A stretch of DNA of 64,000 nucleotides. Origin: Chloroflexota bacterium (GTDB lineage Bacteria > Chloroflexota > Limnocylindria > Limnocylindrales > CSP1-4). Positions 1-7,923 of this stretch are shown here, in pieces. Made by a program: the position numbers and the translations under genes. Each line of letters begins with the position of its first letter. The stretch's first letter is position 1. The DNA lies in assembly GCA_039933295.1 (NCBI GenBank), contig JBDTOJ010000047.1, positions 1,337 to 65,336 on the forward strand. The letters run 5' to 3'. The notes below the pieces were generated by a model. That model was not told where the DNA came from, did no database searches, and saw only the letters and a list, made by a program, of their open reading frames with translations.

Positions 1-1
1 G

Positions 2-643
2 GAGTTGGACCGACTGGTCGATGCCGGTGAGATCCCGCTGCTCCCACTGTTCCTCGATTCACCGATGGCGTCGAAGGCGTCGGCGATCTACCGGAGCCAC
101 ACCGAGCTCTACGACGACGAAACGGCGGCCTTGTTCAAGTCCGGTGACACGCCCCTCGACTACCCGAAGCAGGTCGTGACGTCCAAGCTCGACGATTCAC
201 GCGCGATCGCCCATTCGCCGCGACCCTACATGATCGTGGCGTCGAACGGGATGCTGACCGGCGGCCGCGTGGTTGGCCATCTGCGGGAGCTGATCGACGA
301 TCCGCTGGCGACGATCCTGTTCGTCGGCTACCAGGGCAGCCACACGCTGGGCGCGAACCTCCAGGCCGGGGCCAAGACCGTGAAGCTCGATGGTCAGGTG
401 CGCCAGGTCCGATGCCGGATCCGATCGATCAGCGGCTTTTCCGCCCACGCTGATGAACCGGCGCTGCTGGCATGGATCGGGCATTTCGGCGAGGGACTGA
501 AGGCGGGTGATCCGGGCTTCCCGCGTCGCGTCTTCCTCGTCCACGGCGATCCGGAAGCGCAGCAGATCCTTGGACCGAAGGTCGAGGCACTCGGCTTCAG
601 CGTCCACATCCCCGTCTGGCATGAGCGCGTCGCGCTCGACTGA
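2..643 (+). CDS. MBL-fold beta-CASP family hydrolase / RNA-processing nuclease, C-terminal part (5' end outside window)
   Basis: The frame is open to the window edge. The tail contains MIVASNGMLTGGRV, FVGYQGSHTLG, SGFSAHADEPALLAWI and VFLVHGDPEAQ, which I recognise as the beta-CASP / RNA-metabolising MBL C-terminal region. Stop at 641-643. Confidence 0.7.
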   Translation, partial: ELDRLVDAGEIPLLPLFLDSPMASKASAIYRSHTELYDDETAALFKSGDTPLDYPKQVVTSKLDDSRAIAHSPRPYMIVASNGMLTGGRVVGHLRELIDDPLATILFVGYQGSHTLGANLQAGAKTVKLDGQVRQVRCRIRSISGFSAHADEPALLAWIGHFGEGLKAGDPGFPRRVFLVHGDPEAQQILGPKVEALGFSVHIPVWHERVALD

Positions 644-693
644 CCGGCGCGTCCGGGACCCGGGCCTCCCCGTTACCGGTACACTTTCGTTTC

Positions 694-1011
694 ATGAAGT
701 TACTGACCGCGTTCGTGCAGGACGTCGATGCCCGTGCCGTGAGCGAGGATCTGCGGGAGCACGGCCATCGGTTCACGCGCATCCCTTCGGTCGGCGGGTA
801 CCTGGAAGAACCCAATGTCACGTTCGTCCTCGCGGTCGAGGAAGGCCAGCTGGACGACGTGCTCGCGTCGTTTGAGCGCAGTTCCCAGGCTCGCGACGTG
901 GAAATGCCGGTGAGCCTGCGGGAGCGTCTCGAGGACTGGCGCGCAAGGACCGTGCATCACGGCGGTGCCACGATCCTCATCACCGATCTGGAGCGCATTC
1001 ACCACACCTGA
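694..1011 (+). CDS. darA: PII-like cyclic-di-AMP receptor family protein (DarA/PstA/YaaQ, DUF970-like)
   Basis: 105 aa. The N-terminus MKLLTAFVQDVDA and the C-terminal GGATILITDLERIH align by eye with the family pattern MKLIVAVVQDQD...GGATVFV. Clean ATG start at 694. Confidence 0.6.
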   Translation: MKLLTAFVQDVDARAVSEDLREHGHRFTRIPSVGGYLEEPNVTFVLAVEEGQLDDVLASFERSSQARDVEMPVSLRERLEDWRARTVHHGGATILITDLERIHHT

Positions 1012-1023
1012 TCGGGCGCCTCG

Positions 1024-1929
1024 TCAGCGGACGGGCCGAGGTTTCGTGCGCGCGGCGATCCGCTCGATGGCCCCCGTCCACCCTGGATCGAAGGGATGCC
1101 CCGGATTGTCGAGGTCGATCACGACCGGCGCATGGTCCGATGGCGTCGGCGGACCCTTTCGGGCTTGCCGATCCACCTCCGCCCAGATGACCCGCGTGGC
1201 GACGGGAGCCGTGGCGTACAGCAGGTCGATCCGCATGCCCTCGTTGCGGTGGAACATCCCGGCCCGATAGTCCCACCAGGAAAACCGGCCCAGTGACGGC
1301 TGAACGCGGCGATAGGCGTCCTCGAGGCCCCAGTCGCGCAATCTCGCAAGGGCGGCACGCTCCGGCTCGGAGACGTGGGTGCCGCCATGGGCAGCGACCG
1401 CATCCCACACGTCGTCATTGGACGGGGTGATGTTGTAGTCCCCGCCGAGGATCAGGGGCTCGTCCGGCGAACGTGTCTCCGCGAGCCAGCGGGACAGTCG
1501 ATCGAACCAGTTGAGCTTGCCGTCATAGAAGGGCGATCCAACGACCCGCCCGTTCGGCGCATAGAGCGACGCGACGCGGATGCCGCCACATACCGCGGAC
1601 ACCATCCTCGCCTCGTCGAAGGGATTGAAATCATCCTCGGAGGCGCCGACCGTGCTGCCCGATGAGCTGTCACGAACCGGTCCGTCGCCGAAGTTCGTGA
1701 TGACGTCGTCGGCGCCGACGCGGGTCGCGATGGCCACGCCGTTCCAGCGACCCTCGCCGTGGTGGATCAGGTCGTAGCCGAGCATCCGGAACGGCATGAT
1801 CGGGGCGTCGGTGTCGCTCAGCTTGGTTTCCTGGATCAGCAGGATGTCCGGCTGGACCCTGCCGAGCCACGCCTCGACGGCATCCATCCGGGCCTTGAGC
1901 GAGTTGACGTTCCAGGTCGCGATCCGCAT
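1024..1929 (-). CDS. xthA: exodeoxyribonuclease III (AP endonuclease)
   Basis: MRIATWNVNSLKARMDAVEAWL...DILLIQETKL at the N-terminus, GDYNITPSNDDVWD, and the C-terminal PSDHAPVVIDL catalytic His motif. Confidence 0.9.
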   Translation of the reverse strand: MRIATWNVNSLKARMDAVEAWLGRVQPDILLIQETKLSDTDAPIMPFRMLGYDLIHHGEGRWNGVAIATRVGADDVITNFGDGPVRDSSSGSTVGASEDDFNPFDEARMVSAVCGGIRVASLYAPNGRVVGSPFYDGKLNWFDRLSRWLAETRSPDEPLILGGDYNITPSNDDVWDAVAAHGGTHVSEPERAALARLRDWGLEDAYRRVQPSLGRFSWWDYRAGMFHRNEGMRIDLLYATAPVATRVIWAEVDRQARKGPPTPSDHAPVVIDLDNPGHPFDPGWTGAIERIAARTKPRPVR

Positions 1930-1945
1930 TGCCGGCGCCGTCGTG

Positions 1946-2692
1946 TCAGTACCGGCGGCCGCGCTGGCGCGCGAGCTCGAAGGTTGCCGTGTCCGCCACG
2001 GCCATGACGGCCATCGTGCCGGCCTGGACCGGATCGCTGACGACGAGGTCGGCGACCTCGGTGATGGACCCGACCATGTTCAGGCAGATGATCGGGATGC
2101 CCTGCTCCCGGAGCTCTCGTGCCGCCACGGAGATGTCGCCGCCCATGATCGAACCGGCAAGAACGAGGAGGCGGGCACGAGGCAGGTCCGCCACCGCACG
2201 AACGGCGGCCGCGATCTCCTTCTCGCCGACCAGGGCGATCGTATCGACCGAGATCCGCTCGCCCCGGAGGTTGTGCCGGTCGGCCTCGCTGACCGCGCCG
2301 AGCGCGACCTGGGCGACCTGGGCGCCGCCGCCGATCACGATGACGCGCTTGCCGAAGATCCTGTCGAGCGCACGCGTCAGGCGATGGGCACGCACGCCCG
2401 GTGTGGCATGCAGCGTCCGGACGAGCTTCTCCTCGTCGAGCCCTTCGACCTCGATCTCGATCTCGACGGCTCCGGCAAGGTTGGCAGTTTCGGGGTCATG
2501 ACCGGAGCCCTGGGTCGCCTCAGTGGCCGACGTGCCGGCCACTTCCTCTTCGAGCCGACGGACCGTCGACAGGGTTCGCGTGATCCCGCCGGCGGCGGCC
2601 AGCCGCGCCGTGAGGGCAGGGATCGTGCGGCCCGGGTCGTCGATCACGGCACGAGCCGCGACCGTGGTCGGTAGGGTGGATCGACGTGACAC
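1946..2692 (-). CDS. conserved hypothetical protein with a half-ACT-like segment and a Rossmann-like C-terminal domain
   Basis: 248 aa, lying 16 nt upstream of xthA and 18 nt downstream of the ACT gene. The C-terminal block is VIVIGGGAQVAQVALGA...LLVLAGSIMGGD...IPIICLNMVGS. My assignment to the DUF5612-type domain seen fused to ACT domains is from memory and uncertain. Confidence 0.45.
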   Translation of the reverse strand: MSRRSTLPTTVAARAVIDDPGRTIPALTARLAAAGGITRTLSTVRRLEEEVAGTSATEATQGSGHDPETANLAGAVEIEIEVEGLDEEKLVRTLHATPGVRAHRLTRALDRIFGKRVIVIGGGAQVAQVALGAVSEADRHNLRGERISVDTIALVGEKEIAAAVRAVADLPRARLLVLAGSIMGGDISVAARELREQGIPIICLNMVGSITEVADLVVSDPVQAGTMAVMAVADTATFELARQRGRRY

Positions 2693-2710
2693 GGGCGACG
2701 CGCTCCAGCG

Positions 2711-2974
2711 TCAGCGCGCGCGCACGTCGGCGACGCTCATCTCGTGCGGATCGAGTCCGCCCGACGCGTCGTGTTCCTCGAACGCGAGGGCGAGACCCTC
2801 GAAGGCAAGCCTGGATGCCACGGGATCCGACGTCGTGAGCATCAGCGCCCCGTCGGTATCCTCGGCAACTCCGACGATGCCGGTGATATTGACCGAACGC
2901 TCACCGAGCGCCGCAGCGACGCGCGCAAGTGAACCGGGCTTGTCATCGAGCTGGACTGTGAACCAGACGGACAC
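2711..2974 (-). CDS. ACT domain-containing small-molecule-binding protein
   Basis: 87 aa. FTVQLDDKPGSLARVAAALGERSVNITGI is a canonical ACT beta-alpha-beta opening. Confidence 0.75.
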   Translation of the reverse strand: MSVWFTVQLDDKPGSLARVAAALGERSVNITGIVGVAEDTDGALMLTTSDPVASRLAFEGLALAFEEHDASGGLDPHEMSVADVRAR

Positions 2975-3024
2975 CGCGAACCTCCTGTGTCCGTGATGGT
3001 AGCCGACCCGCTACGCTTCGCCCG

Positions 3025-3501
3025 ATGCCGCTGCCCACGCTCGCGTACCGCCTCATCGGGCGCTTCTCCGTTACCCGGTTCGATCGGGCACTGCATCCGT
3101 TTCTGTATCGCCGGACTGCCGGCCGCGGCATCCTCAGCCGCTTCCTCGGCAACGAGATGCTCCTGCTCACGACGACCGGTCGGCGCACTGGCCGACGTCG
3201 CTCGGTGGCCCTGTTCGCGTATCCGGTAGAGGAGCCGGCAGGGTCCTGGGCGGTCATCGGATCGCGCGGCGGAAGCGGCGAACTGCCGGCCTGGTACGGC
3301 AATCTCGCAGCAGATCCGGATGTCGAGGTCCAGGTTCGAGGGTTTCGGTATCCGGCGGCATCGCGCGAGGTCTTCGATGCCGAATACGAGGCGATCTTCG
3401 AGCGGGCGGCCGCGTCGTATCCCGGCTATCTCCTGTATCGGAAGGAAGCTTCGTTCCACATCCCGATCGTCGTGCTCGAGCGGCGGGCCCGCAAGGCATG
3501 A
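3025..3501 (+). CDS. deazaflavin (F420H2)-dependent nitroreductase family protein (DDN/DUF385)
   Basis: LLLTTTGRRTGRRRSVALF...GSRGGSGELPAWYGNLAADPDVEVQV is the family signature. Confidence 0.85.
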   Translation: MPLPTLAYRLIGRFSVTRFDRALHPFLYRRTAGRGILSRFLGNEMLLLTTTGRRTGRRRSVALFAYPVEEPAGSWAVIGSRGGSGELPAWYGNLAADPDVEVQVRGFRYPAASREVFDAEYEAIFERAAASYPGYLLYRKEASFHIPIVVLERRARKA

Positions 3502-3872
3502 GCAGCCCCGCGGCCGGCGGACCCGTCATCCAGGTCTTCGGGCGTGAGGACCACCAGGAGACACGTGCCGCGCTGCGGTTCTTCAAGGAACGGCGCGTTG
3601 AGATCCAGTTCGTCGACCTGCGCCGCAAGCCGATCGCGGCCGGCGAGCTGCGTCGATTCATCGAGCGCCTCGGGCCGATCGCGATCGCCGATACGGCCGG
3701 GCGGAGATGGGCGGATGCGGGGATGGGCTATCTCAAGTTGACCGACGCTGAGCTCGGAGACCGGCTGCTGCTCGATCAGCGCCTGCTCCGCCTGCCCCTC
3801 GTGCGGATCGGCAAGAGCTGCGCCGCGGGTCGGGATGAAGTCGCCTGGAAGTCGCTTCTCGCCGGGGCATGA
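3498..3872 (+). CDS. ArsC/Spx/YffB-fold protein lacking the N-terminal redox cysteines
   Basis: VIQVFGREDHQETRAALRFFKERRVEIQFVDLRRKP...LLRLPLV follows the ArsC-family layout, but His and Thr occupy the positions of the CxxC/CxxS cysteines. The ATGA start/stop overlap with the upstream DDN gene lies at 3498-3501. Confidence 0.6.
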   Translation: MSSPAAGGPVIQVFGREDHQETRAALRFFKERRVEIQFVDLRRKPIAAGELRRFIERLGPIAIADTAGRRWADAGMGYLKLTDAELGDRLLLDQRLLRLPLVRIGKSCAAGRDEVAWKSLLAGA

Positions 3873-3878
3873 GGACCG

Positions 3879-4094
3879 TCAGGCAGATCGCCGGCGCGCG
3901 CGGATGCCCAGCACGATCCCGAGAACGACGAATGCGGCGCCGATCACGGTCCACGTCGGGTCGCCGATCATGAAGCTTCGCCCGGCGGTCAGGATCCCCA
4001 ATCCCTGAAGCATCCAGACCAGCCCGGTCAGCACGACCGCGATCGCCAGGACGCTCCGGAGCGGTGAGCGGCGCGTCGAGTTCGGATCCTGCAT
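3879..4094 (-). CDS. small two-TM membrane protein, function unknown
   Basis: 71 aa with two hydrophobic spans (VLAIAVVLTGLVWMLQGLGIL and VIGAAFVVLGIVLGI) and a basic C-terminus. The overlapping 125-aa ORF in another frame is Arg/Asp junk. Confidence 0.55.
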   Translation of the reverse strand: MQDPNSTRRSPLRSVLAIAVVLTGLVWMLQGLGILTAGRSFMIGDPTWTVIGAAFVVLGIVLGIRARRRSA

Positions 4095-4147
4095 CGGCGT
4101 AGGATGCCACCGAAGGCCGAATCGAGCGGCAGACCGGAGGTTCCAGC

Positions 4148-4942
4148 GTGTCCAGCGACGATCATCGAGGCGAACCCATCAGCGATCATCGCCGGAGCGG
4201 TCGGATAACCATCGGCCCGCGGGCAGCCGCCCGGATGTCGGGCGATCCCACGATGACCGAGGATCGCAAGCTCCTCGAACCGACCGAACGGCCTGCGTTC
4301 CTGAATACCGATCCGTGGCGCGCGCTCCGGATCCTGTCCGAGTTCGTCGAGGGGTTCGATGCGCTCGCCACGGTCGGCCCGGCGATCACGGTTTTCGGCT
4401 CGGCGCGAATTGATCCGGATTCATCGGTCTACGCGACGGCCCGCGAGATCGGTCGCCGCCTTGCGCTGGAGGGCTACGCGATCATCACCGGCGGCGGCCC
4501 CGGGGTCATGGAGGCCGCCAACCGCGGTTGCCAGGAGGGCGGGGGATTCTCGGTCGGCTGCAACATCGAACTGCCACACGAGCAGTACTCCAACCCGTAC
4601 ATCGACCTCAGCGTCGAGTTCCGGTACTTCTTTGCGCGCAAGACCATGTTCGTGAAGTACGCGGACGGATTCGTCATCCTGCCCGGGGGCTTCGGGACCA
4701 TGGACGAGCTGTTCGAGGCGCTGACGCTCATCCAGACCGGCAAGATCCGGCACTTCCCTGTGGTCCTGGTCGGGACGGAGTTCTACGGCGGGCTGCTCAA
4801 CTGGTTCCGAAGCCGACTCCTGGAGGACGGCATGATCGACGCCGAGGACGTTGATCTGGTCACCGTCACGGACGATCCCGAGGAGGTCGTGCGAATCATC
4901 AATCGGGCGTCCCGTCGCCGTCCCGACAGGCGCGAGGCCTGA
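4148..4942 (+). CDS. LOG family protein (TIGR00730; cytokinin riboside 5'-monophosphate phosphoribohydrolase-like)
   Basis: VFGSAR, GGGPGVMEAANRG and PGGFGTMDELFEALTLIQTGK motifs. GTG 4148 is preceded by GGAGG at 4136-4140. ATG 4235 or ATG 4253 are alternative starts. Confidence 0.85.
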   Translation: MSSDDHRGEPISDHRRSGRITIGPRAAARMSGDPTMTEDRKLLEPTERPAFLNTDPWRALRILSEFVEGFDALATVGPAITVFGSARIDPDSSVYATAREIGRRLALEGYAIITGGGPGVMEAANRGCQEGGGFSVGCNIELPHEQYSNPYIDLSVEFRYFFARKTMFVKYADGFVILPGGFGTMDELFEALTLIQTGKIRHFPVVLVGTEFYGGLLNWFRSRLLEDGMIDAEDVDLVTVTDDPEEVVRIINRASRRRPDRREA

Positions 4943-5031
4943 TCGGCCGGATCGGCTCACGCACGCCGCGGATCGGCTCACGCGCGCCGCGGATCGGCTC
5001 AGGTGCGCCGCGGCTCGGCTCAGCCGACGGG
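4940..5031. repeat. 21-bp tandem repeat, three good copies plus one degenerate copy and a partial one, filling the gap between two convergent stop codons
   Basis: cggatcggctcacgcacgccg (4948-4968), cggatcggctcacgcgcgccg (4969-4989), cggatcggctcaggtgcgccg (4990-5010), cggctcggctcagccgacggg (5011-5031). A partial gatcggc copy overlaps the LOG stop at 4940-4947. Confidence 0.9.
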
Positions 5032-5511
5032 GATGGCGGCCTCGATGACATCGTTCGCCACCCGGACCGGGTAGTAGCGGAACCGGCGGATGCGGGTCAG
5101 GCTGCGTGCCTCGGCCTTCTTGCCGGGCACATCCGGCTTGCCTTCGCGGCCGCCCGGTGTCCAGGTAGGGTGATAGCGCCCGTCGGCATCGAGCCCGCCG
5201 GTCGTGGGCATCTGGACCGGATCGCCCGTACACAGGTTGAAGCGCCCCTCGTGGAGCGGGCAGGCCACGACGCAACCCTCGAGCTGTCCAACACTAAGCG
5301 GGGCCGACATGTGTGGGCAGCGATCGTCGACGACGACGATCCCGTTCGCCGTGTGGGCGACGAGCAGGTCCAGGTCGCCGAGCGAGATCCGACGCATGGC
5401 GCCAAGCGCGAGGTCGGTGGCCGGAAGGAGGCCAACGAACGGAGCGGAGGCACTGCCTGGTGCCGTTAGTGCCGCCGGAAAGGACGCGATCGACGGTGCC
5501 TGGTTGCTCAT
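5020..5511 (-). CDS. Rieske [2Fe-2S] domain protein
   Basis: CPHMSAPL...CPLHEGRF provides the CxH...CxxH cluster ligands. I chose ATG 5511 as the start because the upstream part of the 180-aa ORF is Arg/Gly-rich junk. About 80 aa follow the cluster domain. Confidence 0.8.
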   Translation of the reverse strand: MSNQAPSIASFPAALTAPGSASAPFVGLLPATDLALGAMRRISLGDLDLLVAHTANGIVVVDDRCPHMSAPLSVGQLEGCVVACPLHEGRFNLCTGDPVQMPTTGGLDADGRYHPTWTPGGREGKPDVPGKKAEARSLTRIRRFRYYPVRVANDVIEAAIPVG

Positions 5512-5592
5512 CGGCCCCAGCCTAGCGCAGCAAATGAAACGACCCCCGCCGCGCCGTGGCACGACGGGGGTCGAGATGGATCGCGGAGCGGA

Positions 5593-7317
5593 CTAAATCA
5601 TCCCGACAGCCGGGCTTGTCTCGGCTGACTCAGGGCCGTGGGCCCGTCGAAGCGGCAGCTCGCGCATGAACAGCGCAGCGACAAAGCCGAGAACGGTTGC
5701 GCCAACGCCCAGCCAGAACGTGTGCGCGATGGCGAGGCTCATCGCGTTGTTGAAGGCCTGATCGAACTGGGCAACGAACGGCTGGATCAGAGACTGGGCG
5801 GCCGCCGGCACCTGGTGCAGGATTGCCTCCCCGAAGCTCTGGCCGACGCCGGTCTGCTTGTTCAGGTTAATTCCCTGACCAGACGAGATAGCCCCGTTGA
5901 ATGTGGCCTGAAACTGCGCGATGAGCGGTCGAACCTGTTCAGGCACCTGGCTCGCCATGGAGACGAAGACCGTATTTGTCTGGGCCGGAAGCTCATCCTT
6001 GAGCGCCTGGCCGAACAACGTTCCCGCGATCGCGAGTCCTACTGAACCGCCGATCTGCCGGAAGAACGTCAGGTTGCTGGTCGCAACCCCGAGCTTCGAG
6101 AACGGCACCGCGTTCTGGACGATGATCGTGAACACGGACAGCGTCGGCCCGATCCCGAGGCCCGCGACGAACATCCACAGGAACAGCATCGGGTACTCGG
6201 TGTCCGCGCGAAGCTGGGTCATGAGCGTGATGCCCGCGGCCATCGACGCCAGGCCGGCGATGACGATCGCCTTGTACTTGCCGGTCTTGGACACGAGGGC
6301 TCCCGCCACAATCGAGGAGCCGATCAGGCCGATGAGCATCGGGAAGATGAGATATCCGGAAGCCGTCGCGGTCTCGTGGCGGACGACCTGGAACCAGCGC
6401 GGCAGGAAGATGATCGCCCCGAAGAACCCGAAGCTGACGAAGAACGTTGCGAGGATCGAGGACACGTACGTTCGGTTCCGCCACAGATCGAGCGGGACGA
6501 TCGGTTCCTTGGCCCGCGCCTCAGCGAGGACGAACAGGACGCTCAACGCTAGCCCGATCCCGATGAAGCCGCCGACGTAGAAGTCACCCCAATCTCCGGA
6601 TTGCTTGTTGGTCAGCCCGACGAGCAGGAAACCGATCGCGATCGTGAAGATCAGCGCACCGAGGTAGTCGAGGTTCTTCGAAGCGTCCGACCGCTTGATG
6701 GTCGGCAGCAGCCTCCAGATGACGGCCAGGCTGACGATCCCGATCGGGATGTTGACGAAGAAGATCCAGTGCCAGCCGACGTTGTCGGTCAGGAAGCCGC
6801 CGAGCCCAGGCCCGATCAGGAACGAGATCCCGAAGACGGCCCCGAAGAGACCCTGGTACTTGCCGCGCTCGGCCGGGGTGAACAGGTCGCCGATGACCGC
6901 GAGCGCGATCGGGAAGAGTGCCCCTGCTCCCAGACCCTGGACGCCCCGGAAGAGGATCAGCTGCCACATCTCCTGGCTCAGTCCGGACAGGGCCGATCCG
7001 ATCAGGAACAGGCTGATGCCGATCATGAGCATCGGCCGTCGCCCGTAGATGTCCGACAGCTTGCCGTAGAACGGCACGGTGATCGTGCTGGTGAGCAGGT
7101 AGATCGTGACCACCCAGGTGTACAGATCGTTGCCGCCGAGCGACGTGACGATCTTGGGGAGGGCGGTTCCGACGATGGTCTGGTCGAGGGCGACCAGGAA
7201 CAAACCGAGCAGGACCGCGCCGAGGATCTCCAGCTTTGCGCGCTGGCTCAATCCCAGTGCCGGATCCTCGGCGAGCGACGGTTCACGCGCGCCGGTCTCG
7301 GCGGGGAACGATTCCAT
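5593..7317 (-). CDS. MFS transporter, DHA2 (EmrB/QacA-like, roughly 14 TM) drug:H+ antiporter family
   Basis: 574 aa of repeated hydrophobic spans. The N-terminal LDQTIVGTALPKI and GKLSDIYGRRP motifs are typical of DHA2 transporters. Confidence 0.85.
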   Translation of the reverse strand: MESFPAETGAREPSLAEDPALGLSQRAKLEILGAVLLGLFLVALDQTIVGTALPKIVTSLGGNDLYTWVVTIYLLTSTITVPFYGKLSDIYGRRPMLMIGISLFLIGSALSGLSQEMWQLILFRGVQGLGAGALFPIALAVIGDLFTPAERGKYQGLFGAVFGISFLIGPGLGGFLTDNVGWHWIFFVNIPIGIVSLAVIWRLLPTIKRSDASKNLDYLGALIFTIAIGFLLVGLTNKQSGDWGDFYVGGFIGIGLALSVLFVLAEARAKEPIVPLDLWRNRTYVSSILATFFVSFGFFGAIIFLPRWFQVVRHETATASGYLIFPMLIGLIGSSIVAGALVSKTGKYKAIVIAGLASMAAGITLMTQLRADTEYPMLFLWMFVAGLGIGPTLSVFTIIVQNAVPFSKLGVATSNLTFFRQIGGSVGLAIAGTLFGQALKDELPAQTNTVFVSMASQVPEQVRPLIAQFQATFNGAISSGQGINLNKQTGVGQSFGEAILHQVPAAAQSLIQPFVAQFDQAFNNAMSLAIAHTFWLGVGATVLGFVAALFMRELPLRRAHGPESAETSPAVGMI

Positions 7318-7322
7318 GGACG

Positions 7323-7850
7323 CTAATTCCTCTCTGTTGATCCGCCCTGCGGCGGATGTTCATGGCCGGACCCGTAGTCAGGCCCCATCTCCATGACGAC
7401 GGCCTTCTGAATGGCGGCCAGCGCGCCGGCAACGCCAACGAGTTCCGCGGTATTCAGGTGGCCGAGGATGCTGCGCAGACGATCCTGCTTGACGGCCTCG
7501 ATGGTCTCGAGCGCCTGGACGCCGCCGTTCGCGAGCCGAACCTCGACGACACGGCGATCGTCGGGGACACGCAGACGCTCGACGAGCCCTCGCTCTTCCA
7601 TGCGATCGACGATCCCGGTGGCGCTGCTCATCGATACGTCGAGCAGTTCCGCGAGGCGCGTCATCTGGAGGTCGCCGTGGTGCTCAAGCAGCCACATGAC
7701 ATGCATGTGAGCCATGCTTACGCCGGCCTTGACCAGTCGCCCTGTGCCGGCACACCGGAAACCCGCGATCATGTCGTGGAATCCGGTCGCGATCGACTCC
7801 GTGGTCGTTGGGTCGACCTGAATAGTTTCGGCTGGATCAATAGTTCGCAT
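7323..7850 (-). CDS. MarR family transcriptional regulator
   Basis: Winged-HTH core LQMTRLAELLDVSMSSATGIVDRMEERGLVERLRVPDDRRVVEV. Its stop lies 5 nt upstream of the MFS start, so this is a marR-MFS operon. Confidence 0.85.
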   Translation of the reverse strand: MRTIDPAETIQVDPTTTESIATGFHDMIAGFRCAGTGRLVKAGVSMAHMHVMWLLEHHGDLQMTRLAELLDVSMSSATGIVDRMEERGLVERLRVPDDRRVVEVRLANGGVQALETIEAVKQDRLRSILGHLNTAELVGVAGALAAIQKAVVMEMGPDYGSGHEHPPQGGSTERN

Positions 7851-7923
7851 GTAGCGAATAATCTATCCGGAGGGGCCACGTTTCGTCAATGGTGGCCAGA
7901 TGCTCTCCTGAAAGGTGGCGTCG

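Noticed and set aside
4940-5031. Possibility that the 21-bp and 14-bp (40370-40431) repeats are tiny CRISPR arrays
   Set aside because: The units are directly abutting with no spacers, far shorter than CRISPR repeats, and no cas genes are nearby. They are simple tandem repeats.
7874-7897. Inverted repeat GGCCAC-N12-GTGGCC in the marR / LLM divergent region as a MarR operator
   Set aside because: It has only 6-bp GC-rich arms, which are easily expected by chance at this base composition. I have no second copy and no supporting promoter elements, so it is too weak to call.
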